This document shows positions 1-10,100 of a stretch of DNA of 57,484 nucleotides, piece by piece. Source of the stretch: Candidatus Cybelea sp. (GTDB taxonomy: Bacteria; Vulcanimicrobiota; Vulcanimicrobiia; Vulcanimicrobiales; Vulcanimicrobiaceae); assembly GCA_036522095.1 (NCBI GenBank), contig DATDGN010000082.1, positions 1-57,484 of the forward strand. The letters run 5' to 3'. A model generated the notes under the pieces. That model was not told the origin of the DNA, searched no databases, and saw only the letters and a program-made list of their open reading frames with translations. How positions within the stretch are numbered: position 1 is the first letter of the stretch; every line of letters begins with the position of its first letter. The position numbers were made by a program, and so were the translations under genes.

Positions 1-2
1 CC

Positions 3-1286
3 GCGTATCCCGGCGCGACGATCGCGCCGCGGATCGCGGCGGTGAGCGGCGAGGGCGTTCCGGAGACGCGCGACGAGGCGTTCGCGGAGGTGTTGCGCGG
101 TTGGCTCGAGTGCAGCGGGCCGGTGACGATCGAGGCGGTCGCGCAGCGGCTGTTCGTCGATGCGCAAACGGTGGAGACGGCGCTGATTCGACTCGAGGCG
201 CAAGGTCAAGTGCTGCGCGGCCGGTTCACGCAATCCGCGGACGAGGAGTGGTGCAACCGGCGCGTGCTCGCGCGAATTCATCGCTTGACGCTGGGGCGGC
301 TCCGGCGCGAGATCGAGCCGGTGACGTCGGAGCAGTACGTGGCGTTTCTTCAGCGCTGGCAGCACGCGGCGCCGATGTCGCGGCTGCACGGCATCGACGG
401 GACGCTGCAAGTCATTCGCCAGCTCGAAGGCTACGAAATTCCCGCGGTCGCGTGGGAGGGACAGGTGCTGCCGGCGCGCGTCGCCGGCTACCGCCCTGAG
501 TATCTGGATCGTCTCTGCTACGCCGGAGACGTCATGTGGGGCCGGCTGACGCCGCACCCGGCGCTCGATCCGAATCCCGATGCGCAGCGCTCGCGCGTCC
601 GCCCCACGCGGCTCGCGCCGATCGCGCTGTTCCTGCGCGCCAACGCCGAGGAGTTGATCGTGCGCCGGGAACGCGACGTCGCGGCGCTGTCACACGCGGC
701 GCGCGAGGTTCTCCAGCGCATCGAGGAGCTGCACGCGCCGTTCTTCGCGGAGATCCTGCGCAGCACGAAGCGCCTGCCGAGCGAGGTGGAGGAGGCGCTG
801 TGGCAGCTCGTGGCCGCGGGGCTCGTGACGGCGGACGGATTCGACGCGCTGCGCTCGCTCAGCGACGCGAAGCGGCGCCTCGGAGAGAAGGGATTGCGTG
901 CGCGTCCGCGCGCGTCGAGCGGCCGATGGACCTTGTTGTCGGCGGCGGCCGAGCGAATCGATCGGGAGGCGTTCGCGCACCGGCTGCTCGCGCGTTGGGG
1001 CGTCGTCTTCCGCGACGTCATCGCGCGCGAGAGCCTCGCGCCCGCGTGGCGTGATCTGCTCGTCGTGCTGCGTCGAATGGAGGCGCGCGGCGAGATTCGC
1101 GGCGGACGCTTCGTGGCCGGCTACGTCGGCGAACAGTTCGCGCTGCCCGAGGCGATCGAGGCCCTGCGCGCGGTGCGCCGGACCGGCATCGCGCCGGAGG
1201 AGCTCGCGATCGGCGCCTACGATCCGCTCAATCTCGCCGGGATCGTCTTGCCCGCCGCGCGCGGTTCCTTGCGATCCGTTTCCTAG
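3..1286 (+). CDS. lhr: Lhr-type ATP-dependent helicase, C-terminal DEAD/H-associated region (5' partial, enters from window start)
   Basis: The frame is open from base 3 (ORF track 42..1286). WCNRRVLARIHRLTLGRLRREIEPV and LEGYEIPAVAWEGQVLPARV strings match my memory of the Lhr C-terminal domain. Stop TAG at 1284-1286. Confidence 0.7.
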   Translation, partial: AYPGATIAPRIAAVSGEGVPETRDEAFAEVLRGWLECSGPVTIEAVAQRLFVDAQTVETALIRLEAQGQVLRGRFTQSADEEWCNRRVLARIHRLTLGRLRREIEPVTSEQYVAFLQRWQHAAPMSRLHGIDGTLQVIRQLEGYEIPAVAWEGQVLPARVAGYRPEYLDRLCYAGDVMWGRLTPHPALDPNPDAQRSRVRPTRLAPIALFLRANAEELIVRRERDVAALSHAAREVLQRIEELHAPFFAEILRSTKRLPSEVEEALWQLVAAGLVTADGFDALRSLSDAKRRLGEKGLRARPRASSGRWTLLSAAAERIDREAFAHRLLARWGVVFRDVIARESLAPAWRDLLVVLRRMEARGEIRGGRFVAGYVGEQFALPEAIEALRAVRRTGIAPEELAIGAYDPLNLAGIVLPAARGSLRSVS

Positions 1287-1287
1287 G

Positions 1288-1935
1288 CTAGCACTTCGTC
1301 GAGGTCTGTTTACCGGAATAGAGCTCGATCACGCCGCTAGCGGCGACCGGTATCGACTGGCCCTTCAGCAGAGTTCCGATGCCACGGATGATGCCGCCGT
1401 ACTTGCCCTTCGTCGCGACGGCGTAGCACGGGCCGAAGTTGAGCGTGAAGCCCGAGATCGTGGCCTGGCCGTAAGCGGTATATGGCTTGCCCGGGATGAT
1501 CTTCTTGGCGGTCAGACCGCCGCCGGCTTGAACCTTCGGGGCGAAGCTAGTGCCGCCCGAGAGCGCCAGCTGCAAGTAGAAGATGGCCGTCCCCTGGCCG
1601 AGCTGCGGCAGATGGTTGTAGTCTTTCGTGCTGCTGATCAGCTTGAGCTTCACCGACGGATTGGCGCCCGGGTACTCGACCGAGCCGCCGAACCCGCCGT
1701 AGGCGGGAATGCAGAAGGAGCCGCCCTTGGTGGAGAGCGTGACGGTGAGGGAGGCGTAGTTCTTCGTCGTCTTCTGGCCCTTGCAGAGCGGCGGCCCCGC
1801 GTCGGGCAGCGCGCCGGCAAGCGGCGCGAGCGTGGTCGGCGGGAGCGGCGCGGCTGCGTGCGCCGTGCAGGCAGCTAAGGCGCAAGCGGGTAACGCGCAG
1901 AACGCGATGCGCATAAAAAGGCGGCGTAGCAGCAT
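1288..1935 (-). CDS. small secreted lipoprotein, unknown function
   Basis: Inside ORF 1288..2409. An internal ATG (CAT at 1933-1935) is preceded by GGAGG (CCTCC 1943-1947) 7 nt upstream. The N-terminus MLLRRLFMRIAFCALPACALAAC is a signal peptide plus lipobox. The upstream part of the ORF is Arg/His-rich junk. Confidence 0.65.
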   Translation of the reverse strand: MLLRRLFMRIAFCALPACALAACTAHAAAPLPPTTLAPLAGALPDAGPPLCKGQKTTKNYASLTVTLSTKGGSFCIPAYGGFGGSVEYPGANPSVKLKLISSTKDYNHLPQLGQGTAIFYLQLALSGGTSFAPKVQAGGGLTAKKIIPGKPYTAYGQATISGFTLNFGPCYAVATKGKYGGIIRGIGTLLKGQSIPVAASGVIELYSGKQTSTKC

Positions 1936-1953
1936 GCAAAGACCTCCAGGCTG

Positions 1954-2559
1954 ATGGGTGGGATGAGCGGTCATTTCGCGTGGACCGCGCTGTTTCTTCT
2001 TGGCTGTTACCATGGGCTCAACCCGGGAATGGGATGGCTGTTCGCGGTCGCGCTCGGCCTGCAGGAGCGCCGCACGTCGGCGGTGCTGCGGGCGATCGTG
2101 CCGCTCGCGCTCGGGCACATAGTATCGGTCGCGGCGATCGTGCTGCTGGCGGTGGTCGCGGCGGTCGAGCTCCCGCGTCCGATCGTGCACTGGGTCGCCG
2201 CGGGCATGCTCCTCGCGTTCGGCGCCTATCGATTGATTCGTCTCCGCCATCCACGCTGGGTGGGGATGCGCGTCGGTTTCTGGGGTCTGCTCCTGTGGGG
2301 ATTTCTCATGTCGAGCGCCCACGGCGCCGGCTTGATGCTCGTGCCCTTCGTGACCGCGGCGCCGTCCGGCACCCCCTACGTCACGGGCGCGGCGATGATG
2401 GCCGTGCACACGCTGGGCTACATCGCGACGATGACGGCGGTCGCGCTCGTCGTCTACGCGAAGGTCGGGGTGAGTTTCTTGCGCACGGCCTGGCTGAACG
2501 TAGACGTGTTCTGGGCAATCGCGCTGATCGTCACGGGGATCGTCGCTCTGTTCGTGTAA
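1954..2559 (+). CDS. integral membrane protein (weak RcnA/NicO-like HGLNPGxGW motif)
   Basis: 201-aa ORF with about 6 hydrophobic helices. ATG at 1954, with an alternative at 1963. The function assignment is weak. Confidence 0.6.
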   Translation: MGGMSGHFAWTALFLLGCYHGLNPGMGWLFAVALGLQERRTSAVLRAIVPLALGHIVSVAAIVLLAVVAAVELPRPIVHWVAAGMLLAFGAYRLIRLRHPRWVGMRVGFWGLLLWGFLMSSAHGAGLMLVPFVTAAPSGTPYVTGAAMMAVHTLGYIATMTAVALVVYAKVGVSFLRTAWLNVDVFWAIALIVTGIVALFV

Positions 2560-2594
2560 CTACGGCAGTCCTTTAGTAGAGAAAGGTGCGCGCC

Positions 2595-3989
2595 ATGTTG
2601 CTGAAGCCCGATCCCACCTTCTACGCGTCGGCCAAGGACGCGATGAAGGCGCCGCCGGAAACCGTCGCCTACGTCGCGCTGCTGAGCGCGTCGGGGAACG
2701 GATCCCCGGACGCGCTCGCCGTCGTGGACGCCGATCCGTCCTCGGCGAGCTTCGCTCGCGAGCTCGGTCGCGTCGAGCTGCCCAATACCGGCGACGAGCT
2801 CCACCACTTCGGATGGAACGCGTGCAGCGCGGCGCTATGTCCGTTCGCGCCGCGTCCGCACGTCGAACGGCGTTACCTCATCGTGCCGGGCCTGCGGTCG
2901 TCGCGCATTCACATCATCGACACCAAGCCCGATCCGGCGCACCCGCGCATCGTGCGCGTCATCGAGCCCGAAGAGATTGTCGCGCGCGCGGGCTACACGC
3001 GACCCCACACGGTGCACTGCGGTCCGGACGCCATCTACGTCAGCGCGCTGGGCAACGCCGACGGCGACGGCCCCGGCGGAATCTTCATGCTGGATTGCGA
3101 CACGTTCGACGTCATCGGGCCGTGGGAGGTCGATCGCGGGCCGCAATACCTGGCCTACGACTTCTGGTGGCATCTGACGCAGGACGCGATGGTCACGAGC
3201 GAGTGGGGCACGCCGAAGATGATCGAGGGCGGTCTCGACCCTAATTTGTTGCTCGCGGGAAAGTACGGGCACGAGCTGCACTTCTGGGATCTGCGCAACC
3301 GGCGGCACGCGCAGAGCGTCGACCTCGGCGCCGATCAGCAGATGGTACTCGAGCTGCGGCCGTCGCACGATCCGGCGAACGCCTGGGGTTTCGCCGGAGT
3401 CGTCGTGTCGCTCAAGGATCTATCGAGCTCGATCTGGCTCTGGCATCGCGCTAACGGCGAGTGGAAGGTCGAGAAGGTGATCGAGATCCCGGCCGAGCCG
3501 GCCGATCCCGCGCACCTCCCGGAAATGCTGAAGGGCTTCTCCGCCGTGCCGCCGCTGCTGAGCGACATCGACCTGTCGCTCGACGACCGTTATTTGTACG
3601 CGTCGTGTTGGGGCACCGGCGAGATGCGCCAATACGACGTGAGCGATCCGTTCCACCCACAGCTCATCGGATCGGTGCACATCGGCGGCATCGTTCGCCG
3701 GGCGCCGCACGCCAAGGATCCCGCGCGGCCGCTCGCGGGCGGCCCGCAGATGGTAGAGATCAGCCGCGACGGGAAGCGCGTCTACTTCACCAACTCGCTC
3801 TATCGAGCGTGGGACGACCAGTTCTATCCCGACGGCGTCGGCAACTGGATGGTGAAGGTCGACGTGGCCGCAGACGGTGCGATCGCCTTCGATCCGAAGT
3901 TCTTCGTCGAATTCGACGGCGCTCACCGGGCGCACCAGGTTCGCTTACAGGGCGGGGACGCTTCCTCCGACTCCTACTGCTACTCCTAA
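2595..3989 (+). CDS. selenium-binding protein (SBP56) family, methanethiol oxidase-like
   Basis: MLLKPDPTFYASAKDAMKAPPETVAYVA... and HHFGWNACSAALCP are typical of the SBP56 family. The ATG at 2595 has GAAAGG 8 nt upstream. The ORF track start (GTG 2586) is also possible. Confidence 0.8.
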   Translation: MLLKPDPTFYASAKDAMKAPPETVAYVALLSASGNGSPDALAVVDADPSSASFARELGRVELPNTGDELHHFGWNACSAALCPFAPRPHVERRYLIVPGLRSSRIHIIDTKPDPAHPRIVRVIEPEEIVARAGYTRPHTVHCGPDAIYVSALGNADGDGPGGIFMLDCDTFDVIGPWEVDRGPQYLAYDFWWHLTQDAMVTSEWGTPKMIEGGLDPNLLLAGKYGHELHFWDLRNRRHAQSVDLGADQQMVLELRPSHDPANAWGFAGVVVSLKDLSSSIWLWHRANGEWKVEKVIEIPAEPADPAHLPEMLKGFSAVPPLLSDIDLSLDDRYLYASCWGTGEMRQYDVSDPFHPQLIGSVHIGGIVRRAPHAKDPARPLAGGPQMVEISRDGKRVYFTNSLYRAWDDQFYPDGVGNWMVKVDVAADGAIAFDPKFFVEFDGAHRAHQVRLQGGDASSDSYCYS

Positions 3990-4000
3990 AGCGCCGCGCG

Positions 4001-7000
4001 TTAGCGCGCCGTTAGCGCCTGTAGGCGACCTTCGCCTGCGGACGCTTCCGCGTCGAGCTCCTTGAACGTGGCGTATTCGGCCGCCGTCGGGCGCTGATAC
4101 GCGCCCTCGAGCGAGCCGATCAGGAAGCCGAGCTGCTCGCGCACCTTCGTCTCGTGCAGCAGATTGGCTTCGCTCGAGTTCATCTGGAGCATCACGACGC
4201 GGTCGATCGCCGCGGTAATCTGAGGGCGCTGCGCCGCCGGGGCCTTCGTCCGCGTGCTCATCGCTGCGGCGATCGCTCTGTCCAGACGGTCGATGGCGCC
4301 CAGAATCTGCATCTCGAGGGCGAGCCGGGCCTGCAGGTCGCCGGGCGCCGGATGCAGCCGCGGGTCGAGCCGCGCCTCGAACGGAGCGCGCAGCTGCGTC
4401 GTGCCGTACTGCAGCACTGCGACATACTTGCCGGGCACGATCGTAGGGCCGTCACCGGCATCGGGGAAGTCGTCCGTCTGCGTGATCCTGAAACCCGGCG
4501 CGTCGTACGCCGGCGTGTAGCGCATGTCCCACAGAAAACGGTTCATGCCGGGTTCGACCGCCGTCAGGCGATCGACGTCGCGCGCTCGCGACTGATTCGC
4601 GTCGAGATTCGCTTCTTGCTCCGGCGTGAGCTTTGGCTCGTGCTTGCTCTTCAGATGCAGCGTGAAGCTGCGCACCGTTGCGCCGTTGCCGTCCAAGAAA
4701 GTGAGCGCTGCCGGCGTGCGGCCGTTGTACGACTTCGGCAGATTGAAGAAGACCGCAGCGCCGTAATCGGGGTTGTCGCCGAAGTTTGGAATCGAGAACG
4801 ACGGGCCACCGTACGCGTTGCTGAGCCACGCAGTTTCCGGCGCGAAGAGCTGCGTTGTAGCGACCGAGTGGGACGTCTGCGCGGCGAGCTGTTCCAGCAG
4901 CGCGAGGTCGTCGAGGATCCAAAACGCGCGGCCGTGCGTGGCGGCGACGAGCTCGCCTTCGCGTGCGTCGATTGCGAGGTCGCGCACCTGGACGCCGGGC
5001 AGGTTCAGCGTGAGCGGCTGCCACTGTCCGCCGCCGTCGAGGCTGACGTAGACGGTGCTGCGCGTCCCCGCGAAGAGTAGCCCCGGCGCGCGTGGATCCT
5101 CTCGCACGACGAAGGTGTATTGATCCGGCGGCAGGCCGTTGGTGAGCGCCGTCCAGTGCGCGCCGTAATCGGTCGTCTCATAGACGTACGGATGGTAATC
5201 GTCCCACATGAAGCGCGAGGCGGTCAGATAGGCTGTCGACTTGCTCGTGTGGGATGGCTCGATCGAGCTGATCTGCGCCCACTGCGGCAGCTGCGGCGGC
5301 GTGACGTCGGTCCAGCGCCCGCCGTGATCGGTCGTCACGTGCACGAGGCCGTCGGCGGACCCGGCCCAAAGGACGTTGCCGTCCAGGGGCGAGACGGCGA
5401 GCGACGAGATGTCGGGATATGTTTCGGCGCCGGTTTGATCCAGATCCACAGTCCCGCCCGTCGCCGCTTCGCTGGTGGGATCGTTGCGCGTCAGGTCCGG
5501 GCTGAGGATCTTCCAGGTCTGACCGTGATCCGTGCTCGAGAACACGACCTGCGCCGCTACGAGCAGCTCGCGCGGATTCGCCGGCGAGAAGAAGACTGGA
5601 TGCGTCCATCCGAAGCGATACTTCGTTTCCGCCGACGAGACGCCGGACATATAGCGCGGCCACGGGCTGACGTTCTTGGCGTCGCCGGTCACGCGATCGA
5701 GTCGCACGAACGAGCTGTAATAGCCGCTGCCGTAGGTCGCGTGCGGATCAGCGGGCTCGGGAGCCACGAACGTACTCTCGCCCAACGCCACGCTGAACCA
5801 CTCTCCGGGCCCGATGCCCGGGCCCGTGGCCGCGCTCGGCCCCTCGAAGGCGCCCTCGTCTTGCGCCGCGCCGAACACGTGGAACGGGAATTGGTCGTCG
5901 AGCGCGACGTGGTAGTATTGGCCGGTCGGCTGATTGTGCTCGTTGCTCCAGGTTTTACCGCCGTCCACCGAGACGGTGCCGCCGCCGTCGTTCCCGACGA
6001 GCAAGATCTTCGGATTGCGCGGGTTGATCCACACGATGTGGTTGTCGCCGTGCGGCATCTGCAACACCTTCCACGTCGTTCCGCCGTTGCCGGTCTTGTA
6101 GACGCCGTCGACCTCGGCCGCGTAGGCGACCTGCGGGTTCGTTGGGTCGACGGAGATGGCCATGTAGTAGAAGCCGCGCTGACGCAGCTTCATCTCGGAG
6201 TTGACGCGCCTCCACGTCGCTCCGCCGTCGTTCGAGCGGAAGACGCCGCCCTCGTGCGCCTGGACGATGGCGTAGACGATCCGCGGGTCGCTGGCGGCGA
6301 CCGAGACGCCGATCTTTCCGAGGACGCCGGAGGCGAAACCGGGATTGCGCGAGATCTTCCTCCAGTGCGCGCCGGCGTCAGTCGTCTTGTAGAGCGCGCT
6401 GCCGGGTCCGCCGTCGTTCAGCTTCCACGGCACGCGCTGGGCCTGCCACGTCGCGGCGTAGAGCGTGTTCGGATTGCGCGGATCGATGGCGATGTCGACG
6501 CCACCCGTCCGGTCGTCCACGAAGAGCACCTTGCTCCAACTGCGGCCGCCGTCGGTGGTTTTGTAGACGCCGCGCTCGGGGTTGGGCTTGAATACGTGGC
6601 CCATCGAGGCGGCGTAGACGACGTTGGCGTTGCGCGGGTCGACGACGACCCGCGCGATCATGTGCGTGTCGCGCAATCCGGAGTACGACCAGGTCTTCCC
6701 GGCGTCGGTCGACTTGTACATGCCGTCACCGGTGTCAAAGTCGCTGCGGATGTCGGCCTCGCCGGTCCCGGCGTAGATGACGCTTGGGTTGGAGGGCGCG
6801 ACGACGAGCGCGCCGATAGGATCGGCGACGCCCGGAATCTTACCGTCGCTGATGTTCGTCCAGCTCAGCCCGTAGTTGGTGCTCTTCCAGATCCCGCCCT
6901 GGACGCCGCCCATGTAGAAGAGGTCCGGCTGGGTGGGCACGCCCGCGATCGCGACAACGCGACCCCCGATGTAAGGGCCGATGCTGCGCCACTTGAGCTT

Positions 7001-7102
7001 GCTCATGAGCTGCGCGGCGGGCGAGGAGGCGTTGGCGGCGCCGGCGCCGAGCGTCGCGTTGAGGAGCGCGGCGGCGATGACGGAAGGAAGAAGACGCTTC
7101 AT
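4001..7102 (-). CDS. secreted BNR/Asp-box repeat (Vps10/sortilin-like beta-propeller) protein
   Basis: 1033 aa with an N-terminal signal peptide (MKRLLPSVIAAALLNATLGAGAANA). Repeated SxDxGxTW-type Asp-box motifs are present (STNYGLSWT, STDAGKTWS, TTDGGRSWS, SNDGGATW, SVDGGKTWS, STDHGQTWK, TTDHGGRWT, SLDGGGQWQ). Confidence 0.8.
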   Translation of the reverse strand: MKRLLPSVIAAALLNATLGAGAANASSPAAQLMSKLKWRSIGPYIGGRVVAIAGVPTQPDLFYMGGVQGGIWKSTNYGLSWTNISDGKIPGVADPIGALVVAPSNPSVIYAGTGEADIRSDFDTGDGMYKSTDAGKTWSYSGLRDTHMIARVVVDPRNANVVYAASMGHVFKPNPERGVYKTTDGGRSWSKVLFVDDRTGGVDIAIDPRNPNTLYAATWQAQRVPWKLNDGGPGSALYKTTDAGAHWRKISRNPGFASGVLGKIGVSVAASDPRIVYAIVQAHEGGVFRSNDGGATWRRVNSEMKLRQRGFYYMAISVDPTNPQVAYAAEVDGVYKTGNGGTTWKVLQMPHGDNHIVWINPRNPKILLVGNDGGGTVSVDGGKTWSNEHNQPTGQYYHVALDDQFPFHVFGAAQDEGAFEGPSAATGPGIGPGEWFSVALGESTFVAPEPADPHATYGSGYYSSFVRLDRVTGDAKNVSPWPRYMSGVSSAETKYRFGWTHPVFFSPANPRELLVAAQVVFSSTDHGQTWKILSPDLTRNDPTSEAATGGTVDLDQTGAETYPDISSLAVSPLDGNVLWAGSADGLVHVTTDHGGRWTDVTPPQLPQWAQISSIEPSHTSKSTAYLTASRFMWDDYHPYVYETTDYGAHWTALTNGLPPDQYTFVVREDPRAPGLLFAGTRSTVYVSLDGGGQWQPLTLNLPGVQVRDLAIDAREGELVAATHGRAFWILDDLALLEQLAAQTSHSVATTQLFAPETAWLSNAYGGPSFSIPNFGDNPDYGAAVFFNLPKSYNGRTPAALTFLDGNGATVRSFTLHLKSKHEPKLTPEQEANLDANQSRARDVDRLTAVEPGMNRFLWDMRYTPAYDAPGFRITQTDDFPDAGDGPTIVPGKYVAVLQYGTTQLRAPFEARLDPRLHPAPGDLQARLALEMQILGAIDRLDRAIAAAMSTRTKAPAAQRPQITAAIDRVVMLQMNSSEANLLHETKVREQLGFLIGSLEGAYQRPTAAEYATFKELDAEASAGEGRLQALTAR

Positions 7103-7160
7103 TCCGCGTTATCGCGCTTGCGCGTTCAAAAACCCTTGTTGGAGAGGTTCGACGAACTTG

Positions 7161-10100
7161 TTAGCTACATCCGCTGGTGGCACCACACGAGTCGCACTTC
7201 TCACACGCGCCGTTACGGACCATTGTGAGCTGCCCGCACTCGGAGCATGCATTGCCCGTGTAACCCTTGGCCTTCGACGCGTTGATGGCTTGCGTACGCA
7301 CCAGTGTTGCCGTGGCTGTCCCGTTGCCGGCGTGGGACACGGGCGGGGAAACCGGCTCGGTTACGGCGGCGGCGCTCGCCATCGCCTGGGGTGGTGGCGT
7401 CTCCTGACCCGGATGTAAATGCGTGCTGACCGGGTGCAGCCTCTCCGCGACGCCGGCGGGCCGCACGCGAACGTCGCCCTCTTCCTCGGCAACGTACTCC
7501 TCTTGCGCCTCGGGGCCCATCGCGTCCATCTGCATCGACGGCTGCACGTGTGCGAGGTCGTAGCGGCCGAGATAGCTGACTGCGAGTTCGCGGAAGATGT
7601 AATCGAGAATCGACGTCGCCATCTTGATGTGATCGTGCCCGATCACCGGCCCATTGGGCTCGAAGCGCGTGAACGTGAACGCCTCGACGAACTCCTCGAG
7701 CGGCACGCCGTGCTGCAAGCCCAGCGAGATCGCGATCGCGAAGTTGTTCATCAACGAGCGGAAGGCCGCGCCCTCCTTGTGCATGTCGATGAAGATCTCG
7801 CCGAGCTGGCCGCCCTCGTACTCGCCCGTGCGCAGGTACACCTTGTGTCCGGAGATCGTGGCCTTCTGCGTGTAGCCGCTGCGGCGCTGCGGCATCGGAC
7901 GGCGCTTGGCGATGTAGCGGTAGACGATCTTCTCCGCGATCTGCAGCGGCTGTACGAAAGGCTGCGGCGCTGTTGCGGCAGCCGACTCTTCTTCGCCGGC
8001 ATCGCCGCCGAAGTCATAGCTCGCGGCAAGCGGCTGCGAGAGCTTCGACCCGTCGCGGTAGAGCGCGACCGCTTTGATCATGCGCTCCCAGGAGTAGCGG
8101 TAGGCCTCTTTTACGTCGTCGATCGTCGCCGTTTGCGGAAGGTTGATTGTATTGTGGTTAACGATACCGTTTCCTATGAAGGCGTGCGTCACGGGCACTG
8201 AGATGTCGTAAACCTCGTGTGTTCCGGCATCGGAGACGCTGTCCACCGGGCTGAAGTGCAGGTTGCCGCCGACGATCGCATCGAGCCACGCCGGAAGTTC
8301 AATCTGCTCGCCTAGCTTGCGCACCGTTTCCCACGAGACGTGGCGCGTACGCGTATCGAGAAGCTTACCGTGATTGCTGCGTATCCGAGTTCTAACTGCG
8401 GCCTTGCCGCCGGAGGCCCTGGGGATCATCTCGTAGAGCGCGCGCCCCTTGATGCCTGGAATAACGTCAGCCGTGCTCTGCGCAAACGATTTGGTGAGGA
8501 GGCTCCACGATCGAGCCAGTTTGACCGGTTCGGGGAATTGTATTAGGGCCAGAAGTTTTTGCGCTTCGCGGCCACCAGCGTAGACCTCGCCGTACGATTT
8601 GTCATAATCTTTGTTAAACTTTTCGATGCGACTGTGAACAACGCCAAAGTTGGTGAGGACGGCCTGGAGATCGTCAAGGAGCAACGCGGAATCGAGGCAA
8701 ATGGCCCACTTGCGCATACCCGTTGTCGTGACGTAGGCATCGAGCGATAAGCCATTTAGAAACGCCAGCACGTGCTCACGAGTCGATCGGAGAACATGGT
8801 CTGGAATTCGTTTCTCTCTCGCGCGCGATCCGCAGCCTAAATACTCCAGGAATTCGACGAGTGTCTTCGAGGCGAAGACAACGTTGGGACACTTCTCGGG
8901 CTGGCGTACGATCTTACCCTCGAGGCCGAAGACCGAACGGGCACTGTCGAGCACTCGCTGTAGGACGACTTCGATTGAGTTTGCAAGGCTGACCGTATAG
9001 GTTGAACGAGAGGTGTGCCCCTCGGCGGCGTAAGCTCCTAGGAAGAACGCGAGATCGGCATTCATCTCCGTTGGAACCTTGAGCGTCTTCTGGGAGCCGT
9101 ATGGAGGCGATGGCTGGAAGTCGGTGAGACGTGCGGGTTCCTGCGACCACATATCGTCGCCGTACTTGACGGCTACATGTTCGCCGGGCTGAATCTCGGC
9201 CAGGTAACGCCAAACAAGACCGGCGTCGCTACAGGTGAGGACTCGGTGGTTGGGCGTCCCGATTATGCGATGCCCTGAGCGTAGTCGCAGCTCGCGCACC
9301 GCACGCTTCCCGCCGTAGTAGAAAGCATCCGTGGTCTGAAGGCCGTTGAGCGATGCGACCCGCATTTCGTGCGACCTGAAGGTGTCTTCCATTTCTCCCC
9401 GATGCAGGGACGAAATCCGCGCGAGTCCGTTTTGCGTAGTGAGCAGCGTGTCGCCGACGACGCATTTCGAGATTGCGCCGCTCACCCAGGGTTGCGCGGC
9501 CGCCATCATGTCGACGTGCGCGAGCGGGCGGATGTACCGTGTGCCGTACTTTCCGCATGGCGTGGCGCAATCGAAGACGGCGAGATGCTCGTCCTTAAGA
9601 TCGGGTGCTCCCTCGACGGTCATGCGCCCGCAGATGTGCGCGGACGCCTCCTCGATCTGACGGGGAGTGAAGCCGAGGCCATCGCGCAGGATCGAGAAGC
9701 TCCAGTCGTTCAGCTGCCCTTCGGTAAGGCCGAGTTTTTCTTTGCAGAAATCCTCGCCCAACACGAACTTGTTGAAGACGAACGGTAGCTCGAACGCGGT
9801 CGGAAGCGCTACTTCGATGCGCGCGATCGCGTCGTCGTCGAATCTCTTCGCCTTAAGTGTGGCGCGATTGATATGTGGCGCTTCGGCGAGCGTTCCAGTG
9901 CCCTTTGCGTACGTTTCGATTGCGTCGATTTGTTCTTGCGAATAGCCGAGCTTGTGTAGCGCCGCGTCGACTGATTGATTGACGATCTTGAAGTATCCGC
10001 CGCCCGCGAGCTTCTTGAACTTGACGAGGGCGAAGTCCGGCTCGATACCGGTCGTGTCGCAATCCATCACGAGCCCTATGGTGCCGGTAGGTGCCGTTAC

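Noticed and set aside
1936-2409. N-terminal extensions of several track ORFs: 1288..2409, 13313.., 14552.., 18791..20782, 24327..25295, 35201..36286, 35922.., 37120..38793, 39087..40580, 42860.., 46607.., 51396..52832, 52141.. and 54751..56751.
   Set aside because: The upstream portions overlap neighbouring genes or tRNAs or have junk composition. Internal starts with an RBS and/or a signal peptide, or a 4-nt overlap with the preceding gene, fit much better.
3991-4010. Small GC hairpin (GCGCG-TTAG-CGCGC) between the SBP56 and BNR genes as a bidirectional terminator.
   Set aside because: The stem is only 5 bp with no flanking T/A tract, and it overlaps the BNR stop codon. It is indistinguishable from chance palindromes in GC-rich DNA.
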